Positions 1 to 13,799 of a stretch of 64,000 bases of DNA are shown here, piece after piece; within the stretch, counting starts at the first letter, position 1; each line of letters begins with the position of its first letter. The notes beneath the pieces are model-generated. The model was not told the origin of the DNA, ran no database searches, and saw only the letters and a program-made list of their open reading frames with translations. The stretch covers positions 6,394,954-6,458,953 of the forward strand of contig CM120644.1 in the NCBI GenBank assembly GCA_051362555.1, in the 5' to 3' direction. Origin of the DNA: Lingula anatina (Eukaryota; Animalia; Brachiopoda). A program made the position numbers and the translations under genes.

Positions 1-75
1 CATAATTTATACCACGAGAGTGATGTCGGTGCAGAAAGAAAATTTGTTTAAATGATTCTTTCGTGTTATATTTAG

Positions 76-864
76 TTGTTAGACTATACATCCGAGGGTT
101 CCGAGATGCTGGGAGCAAGCGTACATTGGAATGGATTAACCAATCTAAACTACCAATATTTGTGCTACGGTGAGCGGCAGATATACAATATACAACAACT
201 TACACCACGAGAATCATCATCAAAGCAGAAAAATTGCCTACAGTTTTTTAATGTTACTTTTTATCTTATCTTTAAATTAATTGGAAAATTTATGGATGTT
301 CTGATCATTAACACGTTATTCTAAGCACGTTTTGTTTAATTTTCTGAAAAAAAAAGAGAATATAAAAAGATATGCTAAAAGGATCTAATTTGGTATGCCA
401 CAGAATAAATATGACAGCAATAAATTGTTAACACTTGCGCGTACAACATAAACATATCACTCGTAATTTTACGGATCTGCAAATAAGAAATTTAATCTTG
501 AAATAATGTAAATTATCTTCATTTAATAGCTTAACTTTTATTATCTTATTATTTCAGTTATGACGCACTTAAAAACAACCTAGTCGAGGCTTTAAGGTCG
601 GTAATGACCTTTTTACAGATGCCTGTGATCGAAGAACGATTAGAATGCATCAAAAGGCACTCCGAAGGAAAGTTTCATCGAAGTAATAGAACGACGCTGC
701 GATCACCCATTGCTAAAATGATTAGAGACGTATCGGAACCTGCCGATAAACTTATTGAAGACACTCTGAAGCTAAGATACAAATCTTTTCCCAATCTAAC
801 CTGTGGATATGTACATAATAGTAATAGCACGGTCAAAGGAAGTGCATGTAAAATGAAACAATAA
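76..864 (+). CDS. WSCD-family (sulfotransferase-like) gene, copy 1; last two coding exons only (76-169, 558-864), 5' part lies outside the window
   Basis: AG/GT-bounded exons join in frame: VRLYIRGFRDAGSKRTLEWINQSKLPIFVLR|YDALKNNLVEALRSVMTFLQMPVIEERLECIKRHSEGKFHR. Near-identical to exons 5737-5830 and 6196-6496 of the downstream copy. Confidence 0.8.
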
Positions 865-1133
865 GTTTGTTCATGATATTATTCTGCATTGTATACCACC
901 TTTGAAATTGAAATTTTGAACAGTGACTTCTGTTTTACATGTAATTCAACTTACTGAAATGCAATATACAACATACCTGTTGGAATATTCATTTGTTGCA
1001 CGAGTGTATCTATATGTATATAGCAGCTTTGTTATTGCCATTCCCTTCACAACCGTAGACTGGGGAAAGCGCTTGAGGGAGCTGTTTCAGCTAAATACGA
1101 ACACAGAGTAAAGATCCAGACATTTTTTGTTTG

Positions 1134-1134
<1 letters not shown>

Positions 1135-1184
<50 letters not shown>
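1135..1184 (+). repeat. poly(A) tract (about 50 nt)
   Basis: Homopolymer run seen directly. Confidence 0.9.
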
Positions 1185-1185
<1 letters not shown>

Positions 1186-1453
1186 GTTAAAAGAAAAATA
1201 ATCGCAGTCCATCTTGAAAACTACATGTAAGTCATTAAGATATGGCCCACATGGTAGGCCTCTAACTTTGGCGAAGATGACAGGTACTTCGAAACATTTT
1301 TCCTAACTGTGATTATTTATCATTCTATTCACAAATTTGATATTAACGGCAATGGTAAATAAACATTGTTTGTGGCATTAGATCTTTGGTACATCGTGGA
1401 CAACAAATAAAAATTTAACGTGTCTTACACTGCTGAAACTACGTCAGGCTTAA

Positions 1454-1627
1454 CAGAGGCGGATTTAGGCCGTCTTCTAGGTCTTCCGGAAGACGGTCAG
1501 ATTTTCAAGTTTACATTGACGGGTATCTAAATTTTTCTGTCGGAAGACGGTCAAAAATGGAGGATGTATCAACAAAGACACTGGTAATTTGGAAGACTGT
1601 CAGAAAATAGTTCTGGATCCGCCCCTG
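1454..1627. mobile_element. MITE (174 bp) with TIRs CAG(A/G)GGCGGAT and CTTAA duplicated on both sides
   Basis: Ends CAGAGGCGGAT...ATCCGCCCCTG, flanked by CTTAA at 1449-1453 and 1628-1632. Absent from the paralogous 3' flank at about 6930. A partial copy lies at 14316-14384. Confidence 0.75.
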
Positions 1628-3815
1628 CTTAAGTCATGATGCAAGTAACGTAAAATGTCACAGATAGAAGTTTCCAATCAGCAAAAACCTCACTTCGCAT
1701 AGCAACTCGGTCAACTAAACACGACAGTAGCAGAGATTGAAATATGTTTCTCAGAACTGTGTTTCAAACAATCATTATTTTCATTTGAAAAAAGTACAAT
1801 GCCAATACGCTCGTGCAGTGCAAATGTAAACAGGTTTTTTATGTTTCTTTTTAATGGGATGTTTTAAAATATTTGATCAAATGCAAAAGCTTTATTATGC
1901 TGTCAGCCTACAATTTGTGCCAAACAGTTCAGGATTTAGAAGAGTTGTAGTAAATTGATGTCGCTCATCAAAAATTAATTCTGATACACTTTATATTATA
2001 TATATATGTAATAAATGAAGACAAATTGTATCTTAATGTAGTATTGTCTGAATAAACATGCACTTGTATATACAAAAGCTGTCGTAGAAAACAATTTTGA
2101 AATTGTTATATATTCTGTGTTTTTTTAGAAAATGAAAATTATTTTCTCGCAGACAGCCAGTAGCTCTAGATATTTATCCATATAACATAGGGATAATTTG
2201 TGGTTTTATAAGTGTAAAAAGTAAGGGAAGATTTTTCTTACTGTTGATACTATTGCTAATGAAATATAGCCTAACATGTCACAAAGTGGTAATAAGAATA
2301 ACAGCAATAATAAAAAGTGTGGAATATAATTTGGAGTAGGTGACCTGGTTTGAAAAAAAAGAGGCGCGTGACGTGATAATTCAAAATTAGAATTTCAAAA
2401 ATAAAAATAATATTTGGTCTCCTATTTCACGTTGCTAACTTTTCCCCCAAAATGACACTAGTATTTAACATATGGACGCTTTTGACGAATCTTAATTTTA
2501 CCCCCTGTCAACAGTCTCTATCCAACTGTCCTTGTCACCAGCCCTAACTCTTTGAAGCTAACTGTTGTCTCTGAGTATTCCATATCATGCAGGTAAGTTT
2601 GTGCAATGTGCAATATCTCGCAGCTTTTGTCGATAAATGATTAACGGCAAAGCGGTGAGCTCTTTATGTAACAGACTATATCTTTTTATAGGAAGAAGAC
2701 GTAAAAAATCAGCAGGTAAGCATACACTGTAGTTGTATTGTAGTCTTCTATTGCACCTCACTACTGGTGTCTGAAGTCCGTAGGCGGGGTTGGGAGTTTG
2801 GGGGGGGTATTGCTTTTAGCCAGAAAATCTGAATCAAAGTTTCATCTAGGCTCTGAGTCATGTCTCGATTTTAGCCACGTCAACTGAGTGGGTAAAATCA
2901 AGATAATCGTTTTTGGCAAAGCATTCCCTTTTGAAATTGTTGGCTACAGGGCTCACAGAAAGTCTATATTTCATTTAAGTTGAGCTACAAAGGCCTTGTA
3001 CATTTAATCTGCTGAGATTAATTATAAGGGGCATTCAGAATGAGGAGATCCGAGTGCTAACTGGTCCACTGCCTAAATATGGTGGACCTACATGAAAGGG
3101 AGGCCGCTTAATCCTGTAATGGTCTGAATGGCCCCATACACATGTGTAATAAAATCACAAAATTATCAGAGGAGTAAGACACCTTTCTAAATGAGCTGGA
3201 AATATTGCGTTCGGTTGGTGTTTGGACTTAGTAAACCTGCTGGTAATTTTATTTTTTAATGTATATTTGTACAGTTTAGCGTGCAACTCATACGAAACTA
3301 ATGTTCTCAATATGAAGACATATGCTATGTATCTTTTTAACTTGCCCTAATCCGATGTACATGTACGACTTCCTTCACAGATAGATAATCCAGTTGGGTA
3401 TCTCTAGGGTTTTGACTTTTTCCGGGTAAACCAAATGAATAATTTAATTGTGTTTTAATATGATTATTTGTGCAGATGATATGAATAATAAATATATACA
3501 TGTATCATTCATACCTCTTAAAAGATTATTACAGAGAAGGGTGGCCATTTATGAACGACACGTGGTCCCATGGCAAGCACAGATTCCAGAATAACTGTGA
3601 CCCTCCAACTTCAGACCCGTAGCCAGGGGGGCTTGGGGATTCCAAAGAACCGCCCTTTTTGTCAGGAAAAAGGCCCATTCTGGGTAAAATTTGATCTGGG
3701 TACACAAAATTTTCAATGTAAAATGTCCACTTTTTTCTTTGGAAAAAAGGACCCCCTTTTGAAATTGCTGGATAACTAACTTCTTTTCAGGTAAGCAATA
3801 ATCTTGTAGCCCTGA

Positions 3816-6496
3816 ATGATGGGTCTGCAAACCTTCCGATATTGCCTGATACTGGCAATGTTGTGTGGCTGTGTCTTGCTGATGGGCTATTTGTTATCAC
3901 TGAAGAACACGTGAGTACCGTATGGATCAAGTTGTGTTGTACTCAGCGCACAGCAAAAATACAAAATTGGTTATTACAAATGGAAAACGGTTCCCAACCC
4001 TTGACATCTTATTAAGTACGCTTATCTTGTTACAAAAATAAGAATCACATCACAGTGATATTAAAAGATATCATCACTTGTCTTAATTAATATAACACTA
4101 TTTGTCCTGCTATAGCTTGTGCTTTCCTCTAACAGCAATGCCTGTACATTATCAGGCAGTAGATGTCTCCGTCCAAATCGTCAGAAATGGAGCAGTGACC
4201 ATTCCTTGTTAAGATAGGGTTATATTCATCACTAACAAACTTGGTCTGTGAATGACGATTTCGACATTGTATCTTTCTCGTTGTTTTCCTCATGATTGGA
4301 CGAATCTTGAATAATCTTGCGCCAATTAAAATAGATTAAATTTTTAAAAATAATTTTCATATGAAAGAGTCCCCAGACTCTGCAGTTGCAAAAATGCTTA
4401 TCTTGCTTCAGGCGCAATATTACACCGCACAGGGCATCGAGGCTGGATGTAAAGCCGGTTCTGGGGGTTCGGAGATTTCCAGATACAGAGGCTGAAGGTC
4501 TTGGGAAAAGAAAAAACGAAGTTAAAGAAACAGATTTGAATAAGCTTAAAACAAAAACAACTACCAAAAAAGCACCACCCATCACATTCGCGAAATTGAC
4601 TCGTAGCACTGCGCCAGACATGTCGACCAAGACGCCTGCAACCATGGAAACCAGAAAGAGAGCCATGGCAACCAAGGGTGTACCTAACAAGCAGTCTGCA
4701 GTTGTTCACGATCATGTTGATCTGTCACGAAAATTGCCAACGCCAGGAACTAGCCAGATTGATGAGAGCACGTGCACTGGAAATAAAGTATATAAAGGAC
4801 CCTGCAGCTGTGTCAGATTCCCCGACCATGACTTGCCTGGTTCAGTGTTGTACAGTCAACCAGGATCTGGTAATACGTGGACGCGTTTTTTGTTGGAACA
4901 GGCATCAGGTGAGGCAGTCGACTCTGTACTGTGAATTTGCTTTTAATTAAATACAAATAGTACAGATCCTTAATTGATTTTATTTTCGTTTTATTTTTTT
5001 GTCTCATTTCATTTTCATTTATCTATTTATTTCTTTTTGTTTTCATGTTTATTTATTTATGTTTTTGCTGAATAAATGTCACACGCGTTGTTTATATATA
5101 CAATTATTGATTTCATCAATAAATTCCAGAATTCACTTTTCGTGACTGACATATTTTGAATCCCATTTCACTTTTTAGGCTATTTTACTGGAAGCATGTA
5201 CAACGACCCTGATCTTAAAAAAGGAGGTTTTCTAGGTGAATATAGACAAGACAGCGAGGTGTTTGCCATTAAATCCCACTCAGGTGTAAATGAAACGCTT
5301 AAGAAATGCCAGAAAGCCAGAAGTACACCCATTGAAAGAGCTGTTGTCCTTATACGGGATATATTCAACGCCTCCATGAGCGAGTTGATGAGGAGGATAA
5401 CACACGGCTCACACACTGACACGGGAAGTGAACTTTCGATAAAAGGCAAGTGCCGCTAGCCAGCCCTTCTCTGCTTTAGAAATTTTATGAACTCAAGATA
5501 GATACTGTACTCTGTATCTGTAATATAAGTGGAGTTAGATCATTTTCTTGGTCTCTCTCTTTTTCTCAACAAAAATTTCTTGATAATGCATTACACTCGT
5601 TTATGAAACATTACCGTTTGAACAAAAAACACTACTGCATTTAAAGTAAGTACGCAATCACTCAAGTATTGATCTGCATATCGCTTCCCACAAAACAAAT
5701 GTTTACAAGGTTTAAATTTTTTTATGTTACATTTAGTTGTTAAACTGTATCTCCGAGGGTTCCGAGATGCTGGGAGCAAGCGTACATTGGAATGGATTAG
5801 CCAATCTAAACTACCAATATTTGTGCTACGGTGAGCAGCAGATATACGATACTAGAACTTACACCACGATAATGATCAGCAAAGCATAACAAATATGTGC
5901 AATTTCTAATGTTTTTAACACTATTATTTATACATTAATTGAAAAAAGTGACTGTTGAAATCATTATCCCTTTTATTCCAAGCATCTATTCGTTTTCTGA
6001 AAAGGGGAAAGAAAGTAGAACGATCTAACTAATTCGGAATGTTATAGAGAAGATATGGCAGTAATTTATTATTGCATGTACAACGTAAACATAAAACTAG
6101 TTCTTTCACAATTCTGCATATACGCAAAATATTCTTGAATTACATGTATATCATCTTCAATTTTTACCTTAATTTTGATTATCTGATTATTTCAGTTATG
6201 ACGCACTTAAAATCAACCTAGTCGAGGCTTTAAAGTCGGTAATGGCCTTTTTACAGTTACCTGTGAGCGAAAAACGATTAGAATGCATCAAAAGGCACTC
6301 CGAAGGAAAGTTTCATCGACTTAATAGAACGACGCCGCGTTCATCCATTGCTAAAATGATTAGAGGCGTATCGGAACCTGCCGATAAACATATTGAAGAC
6401 ACTTTAAAGCTGAGATACAAATCTTTTCCTAATCTAACCTGTGGATATGTATACAATAGTTATAGCATTGTCAAAGAAAATGCGTGTAACTTTTAA
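3816..6496 (+). CDS. WSCD-family sulfotransferase-like type II membrane protein, copy 2 (exons 3816-3910, 4412-4908, 5179-5445, 5737-5830, 6196-6496)
   Basis: N-terminal signal anchor MMGLQTFRYCLILAMLCGCVLLMGYLLSL, Lys/Thr-rich stem, PAPS-binding-loop-like [28 protein letters not shown], IKSH and VVLIRDIFNA motifs typical of WSCD1/2-type proteins. All exon phases are compatible; intron 3 has a GC donor. Confidence 0.85.
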
Positions 6497-7358
6497 CAAT
6501 AAGTATGTTCATGATATTTTTCTGCCTTGTATACTACCTTTAACCGTGACGCAATTTGAATTTTTTAAAAATGTGTTTTATCCTAGTTTGAGGTTATTGG
6601 AACCCCAGCTAAGTTTTTCTTGTTGAGCAATTCATTTGGTGCACGAGTGTATACATAGCAGCTTTGGTGACACAATTTCAACCTTAAAATACTGTAAATT
6701 TATGGTGAATTTTTTTCTTGCGTCTTTTGTGTCTTCTTCTTGTGTCTTGTGTACCAGGGAATTTTGTCTGGCTGAGAGACTTAAAATGAGTTGTTGCCCA
6801 CACTTCTTTTCTACAGCCGGTGTAAGTTGTGCTGTAAATGCGGCACAAAAATAATTTTTCGTCTTCGGCACGCCGTGAACGACACAGAACAGTAAAATTG
6901 TAACGTTACACTATTGAATCTACGTTACGCTTAGGACATGACGCAAGTAACGTTAAACGTCACAGACAAAACTGTCCAATCAGCAAAGACCGCACTACAA
7001 CGTAGCAACTCAGTCGATTACACGACAGTCGCATACAGATTGAAACTTCTTTCTAATAATTGTATTTAAATATTTACCATAATCTTTATTCGAAGAAAGG
7101 ACAATGTCAAAACGCTCGCACAATGCAAATGTAAGCAAGTTTTCATATGTCTTTTTGCACAATGTATTTTAAAATATTTGATCAAATGTCGATGCTATTT
7201 GTGTTTTTAACCTACAGTTTGTACAAATTGGTTCATGATTAAGAAGAGTTGTATGAGTTGTAATTGATGTCGTTCATCATAAATTAATTCTTATATACTT
7301 TAAGATAAATATAACAAATGCAGTCAAATAATCTTGTTTGATTTACCTTTTGTAAAAA

Positions 7359-8978
7359 ATGCAGGGTCGTGTACCTCCCTGGAGGGACATGAACCTGCCT
7401 GTGTTAAGTCGGTGGTGGGCGTGGCTCAACGCTATTCACGTAACCTGGCTGCTCTGTAGAGGTGAAGACAGCGTCCAGGTGGAAGACCAAAATGGTATGG
7501 AAGTTATTTCTTATAATTATGTCATAGGAAACAATACAAATAGTCTGTTAACTATGGATTTTGTGGGTTGACATTCAGTTAAAGTAAGTGTTATATTAGG
7601 ATTAACCGTGACTTGCAACGAGGGGTGCCGTGATATATTTCATGCATACAGTTACATGTATTTTAATCTTGAACTAATCTCCATCATTATAAGTTCATTG
7701 TACATTGATCTCATCGAAAATCTTAGGAAATACTGAAGGCAGCAGGCAAATTGACCCATCAAACGCAGAAACGATGGTCACGGTGCCAAATGACGTGGAT
7801 CGTATTGTACATGCAGCCACCAACAATCAAAACAATGGTATGGAAACATTTTCAAATTTTCGTCTGTCCACCTTACAACTGATAGATACTTCGTTTGTTG
7901 ATATCTTCAAATAAATCATACGGTGTAGACAACCATCATTGTTGCACTACCACATTTGTTTATGAAAATACTTTAAAAAGTTGACGATGTTATTTTTCTT
8001 CACGTTTAGCATCATACGATGTCGACCCTGTAGCAAGGGTGTCGCGCTGGAAAAGATTCAAAAAGGGGGTGACTGAAAAGAAGACGGTCCAAGTACAGGG
8101 TAGATAGAGCTCCCATAGATCCAACACCACCACGTGAAGGTAAACACAGCTCAAATCGCAGTTGTGCGTAAACGTGACTCTTGTTTTATTTTTTTTTTTA
8201 CTTGTGTAGAAATTCAGCAGATCTTCATAATTTAATTAATTAATTAATTAATTAATTAATTAATTAATTAATTGTCAATATATGACTCCGTGTCGAAATA
8301 GAGTCCTCTTATAACTCCATGTCCTTGATTTAAATAGCATATTGTTTAACTGTTGACTCACAGCACGTGCCAAAATATTTCCCTAAAAACCTCTTCTTCT
8401 ATTCGCTCCTTTTCATTAATTTTTATGTGTATTTGTAGAATCTGAGGTGGTAACGTTCACAGACATTGTGCAGTTCACACTGGAAGAAGAAGACGGAATT
8501 CGTGTTGAGGACCTAGAGACGGAGATTTGTGGTAATGCGTCAGTTGTTTCCTCTGTAACTTTTACAGGAATCTTTTTGATAAATATCTGAGTGCTTTTCG
8601 AAATGCTTCGACAAAAATAATAGAAAATACATGATAAAAAGAACAAAAAACAAGTAAATACACAACAATAAATAAATAAATATTGACCATGTACCGGTAT
8701 TCACCTGACTAAATTTTGTTCTGAAAAAAATTGTTTTGCATGATGGTGGATGAATTCAGTACATTGCAAAGAACTATGCTATTATATCCAGAAAAATATT
8801 GGACATTAAGATATGTATTTCAGGGTTCAAATATATACACATTTTACAAAGAAGAGACAACCTTTTTGTTTTTACAGATCATAATGAGATCCATTTGGTA
8901 GACTTGACCAGTAGCAGCCCGGAGCGCGTCCTCAAATTCTCACGTCCATCTGGACTCACGTGCGGAGCGGGTCTTTAA
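7359..8978 (+). CDS. candidate 5-exon orphan gene or pseudogene (7359-7494, 7727-7837, 8010-8099 or -8139, 8439-8531, 8878-8978); product unknown
   Basis: Five GC-richer blocks in AT-rich DNA with AG acceptors and GT donors, all phase 1, ending in TAA at 8976-8978. No recognisable domain. Confidence 0.45.
8231..8273. repeat. (TTAA)n microsatellite
   Basis: Seen directly. Confidence 0.9.
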
Positions 8979-10783
8979 ATCTGCTAAACTGAATTTCAAA
9001 CCATCTGTACGCAGACTCAGTTATATACTGTATAATGTACATAGACAAGTGCTGTGTATAGGGCCTACATGTATATTTATATATGCATCTTTTGTTTGGA
9101 TTATAGCTTATGACGTTTGATACACATTTAAGTGTATTGTATTGTAATGAATTCATTACCTGACATTTTGCAACGAAGATCATTTAGAAACTGACAACAA
9201 CTGCACTTATTTTTTTTTATTTTGACGTCATTTTGTGAGGATTGCAGCTTTCATTGACCTCATTGTGGTTTGTTCTAATATAAGCTTGACGCCCAACGCC
9301 ACGAAATTCTTGTGCCTGTTGTCTTAATCTCGCTACATTAACAGCTATATAGCTCTCCGTGTGCGACCAGCATGGTAACCTCCTCACGTGTATTAGTAAC
9401 TCTGTATTAGTAGCTTATGAAGGATACCGCTAAATAATTAACTAAATAAAACCTGTATACACAGCAATTTAAATATAAGCAAGTGATGCGTGCTGTATAT
9501 TTGAAGTGATCGTTTTATTCATAGAAGGAAAATGTTTTCCTAGAAAACTATTAGCCAGTGGGCGTAGAAATAGGTGCACCCTATTTTCTTGCAGAGAAAA
9601 TGCCTTCATCTTTTTGTGGGAGGGGGGGGGGGGAGGGGGTCACGTTCTGTGTATCTCCCACGGGTGGCTTCAATACATAAAGCTGATACTGCACAAATTA
9701 TGGAAGCTAAGCCATATCTGTTGTATGTTTGTTTTATCTTTGCACTGTATACAAGAGTCTTAAGAAGCACACTGAAGACATACTGTAAGGAAGGACACTA
9801 TCAAAGACACAAAACCTTCAACATATTTGAAAAACAATTTGAGTTAAAATGAATTTTAAATTAACACACATCTTTTGGACATCGTTAAAGGACAGTTAAT
9901 GAAAACAGCATCGGTTAAAAAACCACATTTGCACCAACCGCGCGTTGCGCTGACAGTAATGTGAAGAAGAGGTTTGTGGTTATTTTAGCGGCTGTGATAC
10001 TGAGATAGCTTAACAATGATATGCCACATTTTCTTACATTCTGGGTGCGTAATAAATCAACTATGAAATAAAATATAGATGCTCTTGTCTTATGTTAGTT
10101 ATATCTTATGGAAATTAAGGGGGGGGGGTCACAAAGATTTCCTCTTCTGCTTTGCAATTATGTAAAAACGATGACTATTCTACCTTACTGTAGGGTAAGG
10201 CGATGGAAAAAGATGCTTGCATCAGACTCCCTCAAACTTTCTTATATTTTTTTTTCTTGGGGAGGGGGGTTATTTTTGAAGTTTAGGGAGAGTGAAATGC
10301 CTTATATATCCTCCCCTAAGTGTCCTTCATTTTAGTGAGGTTTTGAGTTGGGAAAGATAAACAGCTTTGCGGGATATGATGACATAGAAAACGTGACTTT
10401 GGTACATTTTTGAAAAGCATATAGAAAGCCTTTGTATTACATAAATGCGACCACATAAAGTTATGATGCGGCCGATATCTCTCAAAGCTGTAAGTCTGTG
10501 ATATCGGCTGTTACGTATCACTTTTCATTATGGGCATCCGTCCATTCTTTACTGTTGCATTGGTTACGCTAAAATACCAGTCGCTTAAAGCAAAGCGCAA
10601 GTTGTTTTCATTTAAAAAGCGATACGTATCAACTGTGGAATATGAGGAAAGTACAAATAATACATGGCGGTTCATAAAGGTCCACTTTGCTTTAAACTAT
10701 TTTTTAAAATTGGCAACCTAAGCTTCATAGGAGGATCTAAGTGGTCATCCATTGAAAAAAGGCATGTAATGATATAAAAGAGA

Positions 10784-12806
10784 ATGAACATGAACCTCAC
10801 GGACATCGGAACAGGCGAATCGACCAATAACGACTATGTTAACACCGGAGTCAGAGTTGCATTAATTTTTCCAATTTGTTTTGGAAACAGTTTAGTGATC
10901 GCCGCCATACGGCGGACGTCCTCTCTGAGGAACCCTGCTCATTACCTTGTCATGCATCTGGCGATTGCTGACATGATCGTAGGCCTACTGGTGCTAGTAT
11001 ATATTCCGTTGAAAGTGCAGAATGCTTTGGACACATACGTATACGTGTGTGTTTTCAGGTACGTCAATCATTTTGTCATTTACATCTAAAGGAACACGAA
11101 GACGATAGTTCTTTCTGAGACTTAGCGTTTCTAGAAAACTGGCCTGTCATTAAGAACCTAATCATTAAATTATAAATTAGATAGAGCATGGTGTTTATGT
11201 GCGGGGACTGGTCTAGCAATAATTTGTGACTTGGAGAAAAGAAATTATTTGTTTCTAGAGGAATCCCGAACAGAGTACTTTGAGTTGTGTAACAGGACTA
11301 CTGGTAGTACTTTTACATATTAATATGGCTGTCAAAGCCGTTGATTTATGTTTAAGGATTTAGGAAAGAATAAATTAACTAGCAAGATGAAGAATAGCTA
11401 GAACTAGGTCGTCGATGTTTGTTCATTCGTTTATTTATTATTGCTACCATCTTATCATTATTTATTCATTTATTATCATTCATTTGATTTGTTTGTTTGT
11501 ACTGAAAGGCTACTTTGAAAAGTTGCTCACTCCATTAACGAATTCATACATACGAGTACACCAAAGAAAATAATGAACTCTCTTAAACTGTTATTTAACT
11601 TTTAAGTTACTTCCGTCAGTAACAAATATTAGCTTAGATCTAATTATGGCTGCAATGTACGGACACGTAATGATATTCTAGTACATGTACATGCATAATG
11701 TCATGTTGTTGCTGTATATCAAACATGGCTGATTTATCCCTTCTACATTAACAAGTGATCCGTGAACGAGAATTTTCATCCAAGATGCTCTCATTGATAT
11801 CTGCTTGATGTCTAAAACAACTGAGAAACCTTGATCTGCTTTATAACTGTTTCATTCTAAATGAGTATATATTCATTTATTTATTCATTGTTTGTTTGTT
11901 TGTTCATGTTTATTTATGTTTATATTTATTTATTTATTTTCATTTGTTTATTTATTTATGTATTTATTTATTTATTGTTTGTTTGTTTGTTTGTTTGTTT
12001 GCAATGCAATAATTGAAATGCGCGTTTTTCTTTCTTTCAGTTTCTCCAGTATAGTCACCACGGCTATGGCTTCAACATTGTTTTTGCTCTCCATAGCTGT
12101 GGACAGATATATTTCTATAGCATCGCCCCTCCGGTACACCATTCTGATGACGTCATCTCGAGTGCACCGTGCTTCCATTGCCATATGGCTAATCTCAATC
12201 TCATTGTTTCTCGTCATACCGCTAATATGGCACAACGATTTTGATGGGGGTACAAGAAAAGACTGCGACTTATTAAAGATGAACAAGAGGGAGTACCTGG
12301 CATACTTCGCCGTTCCTCAGTTCGTGTGTCTCGCTGCCGTTATAGTTGGCTTGTACTGCAGGGTGTTCTACATCGCTCACAGAAATGGCAACAGACGCGT
12401 CGTCACCGAGACCCGTGCCAGACAAAGACTAAACGGCAACCTGAAGATTTTCCAAATGGCCGCCATCATCTTTGGCTTTTTTGGGCTATGTTGGTTTCCC
12501 TCTCTCGTGTTAATGGGAGTGTATGTGTACAGTGATACGGTCCCCATGGACGTCTTGACTAAGGCCTACAAATACGCGTCCAGTCTGGTTCTGGTAAACT
12601 CTGCTCTGAACCCTGCCATATATACCTGGCAGTCAAAACGAATCAGGAGAGCCTTCAAGAAGTTATTGCACATCAAGACAGAACGCTTCGCCAATGGCAG
12701 TTCTGTCAGGGCGGGGCGATATGAAAGTCAAAGCCATACTGAATCCAGTATATCGTTAAATTCTCAACGTAGCAAGGCCAGGACACGTGACGCGACAGCG
12801 CTTTAG
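10784..12806 (+). CDS. class A (rhodopsin-like) GPCR, about 346 aa, 2 exons (10784-11058, 12041-12806); loosely adenosine/amine-receptor-like, ligand unknown
   Basis: TM1 GNSLV, TM2 LAIAD, TM3 DRY, TM6 CWFP, TM7 NSALNPAIY. The phase-2 intron (AG|GTACGT...TTTCAG|T) joins the frames. Confidence 0.92.
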
Positions 12807-13799
12807 ACCACGAGGCGGAAATATGAGCATTCAAAGCCTTCTGAAATGAAAGTGAAACTGTTGGCAAGTTAGTGTGGAGGATGTGGTACTGTTGGCATAT
12901 TTTGTCCACAAATGGCGTCAAAAGTTGGCCATGTGGCGACACATTCCATCAGTCTCTGGACGGTCACTTCATACTTTGGCTCTGTTTGACTCCTGTTCTT
13001 TAACATTAACTACCACAATCCGAGTTAAATTAAAACTTTTCTGATTTATTTCCTGATTATGATAGCCCCCTAAACATAAGCGATGATGAACTGTCTGTTA
13101 ATACATGTGCCATTAAGACTGCTGTAGTGCTACATGCTTTAGTTTTCCAGTCTTATTATGCTGGTATTTTCTAGAAAGCCAGTTAAAATTTTAATTTTAT
13201 TTCGTATCTTAACTGTGACGTATAATCAAATTTCTATCAATTATCGTAAATAATAAAAGGTGCGATAAGTTTGGGTCGACCTAACATATTGACTGGAAAT
13301 TAAAACGACTTTACTCATTGTTGGAATTGTTGTCGGGTGTTCACATAACGTCTCAGCGCGCGATTGCTTGGTCATATCAATAATGGTGAATTGGTATCAT
13401 TCTTATTTATAACATTTTGTTTTCGAAAAATTGTGATGCCACATTGATTTTTCAAGCTTTATTTAAAAGTGTGTTACTGGTATTTACATTAGTTAAAGCC
13501 ATAGTGACAAGCGTAACAATGTTCCGAGAATTTCTTTCACTATTTGGTATCAGGGGTTGGTTGGTAAATTTGTCCCAAAAGTGTCTTTTTAATTTAAACC
13601 AGAACTCTGTTTACTTTAACTAAATTATAACATACATTTGTCTAAAACACGGAACACATGTCTTTCTTGATAAAAAAATGAAGGAAGTGACAATTAATCT
13701 TGGGTCACAGTAGGCTAAAAAATCGGCTAAAATCGGGTCTAATAGTAAAAAACTAGTTTCAGACCAAAGTCCTCTTGCGAACCAGTCCGTTAGGTTGAT

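Noticed and set aside
8060-8075. In-frame TGA suggesting selenocysteine or readthrough in the orphan gene
   Set aside because: On recounting, the TGA is not in the frame entering the exon; the issue is a donor choice or a 1-bp frameshift.
11892-12040. Hydrophobic N-terminal extension of the 304-aa ORF
   Set aside because: It is translated intronic (TTTA/TTTG)n sequence; the real exon starts at 12041.
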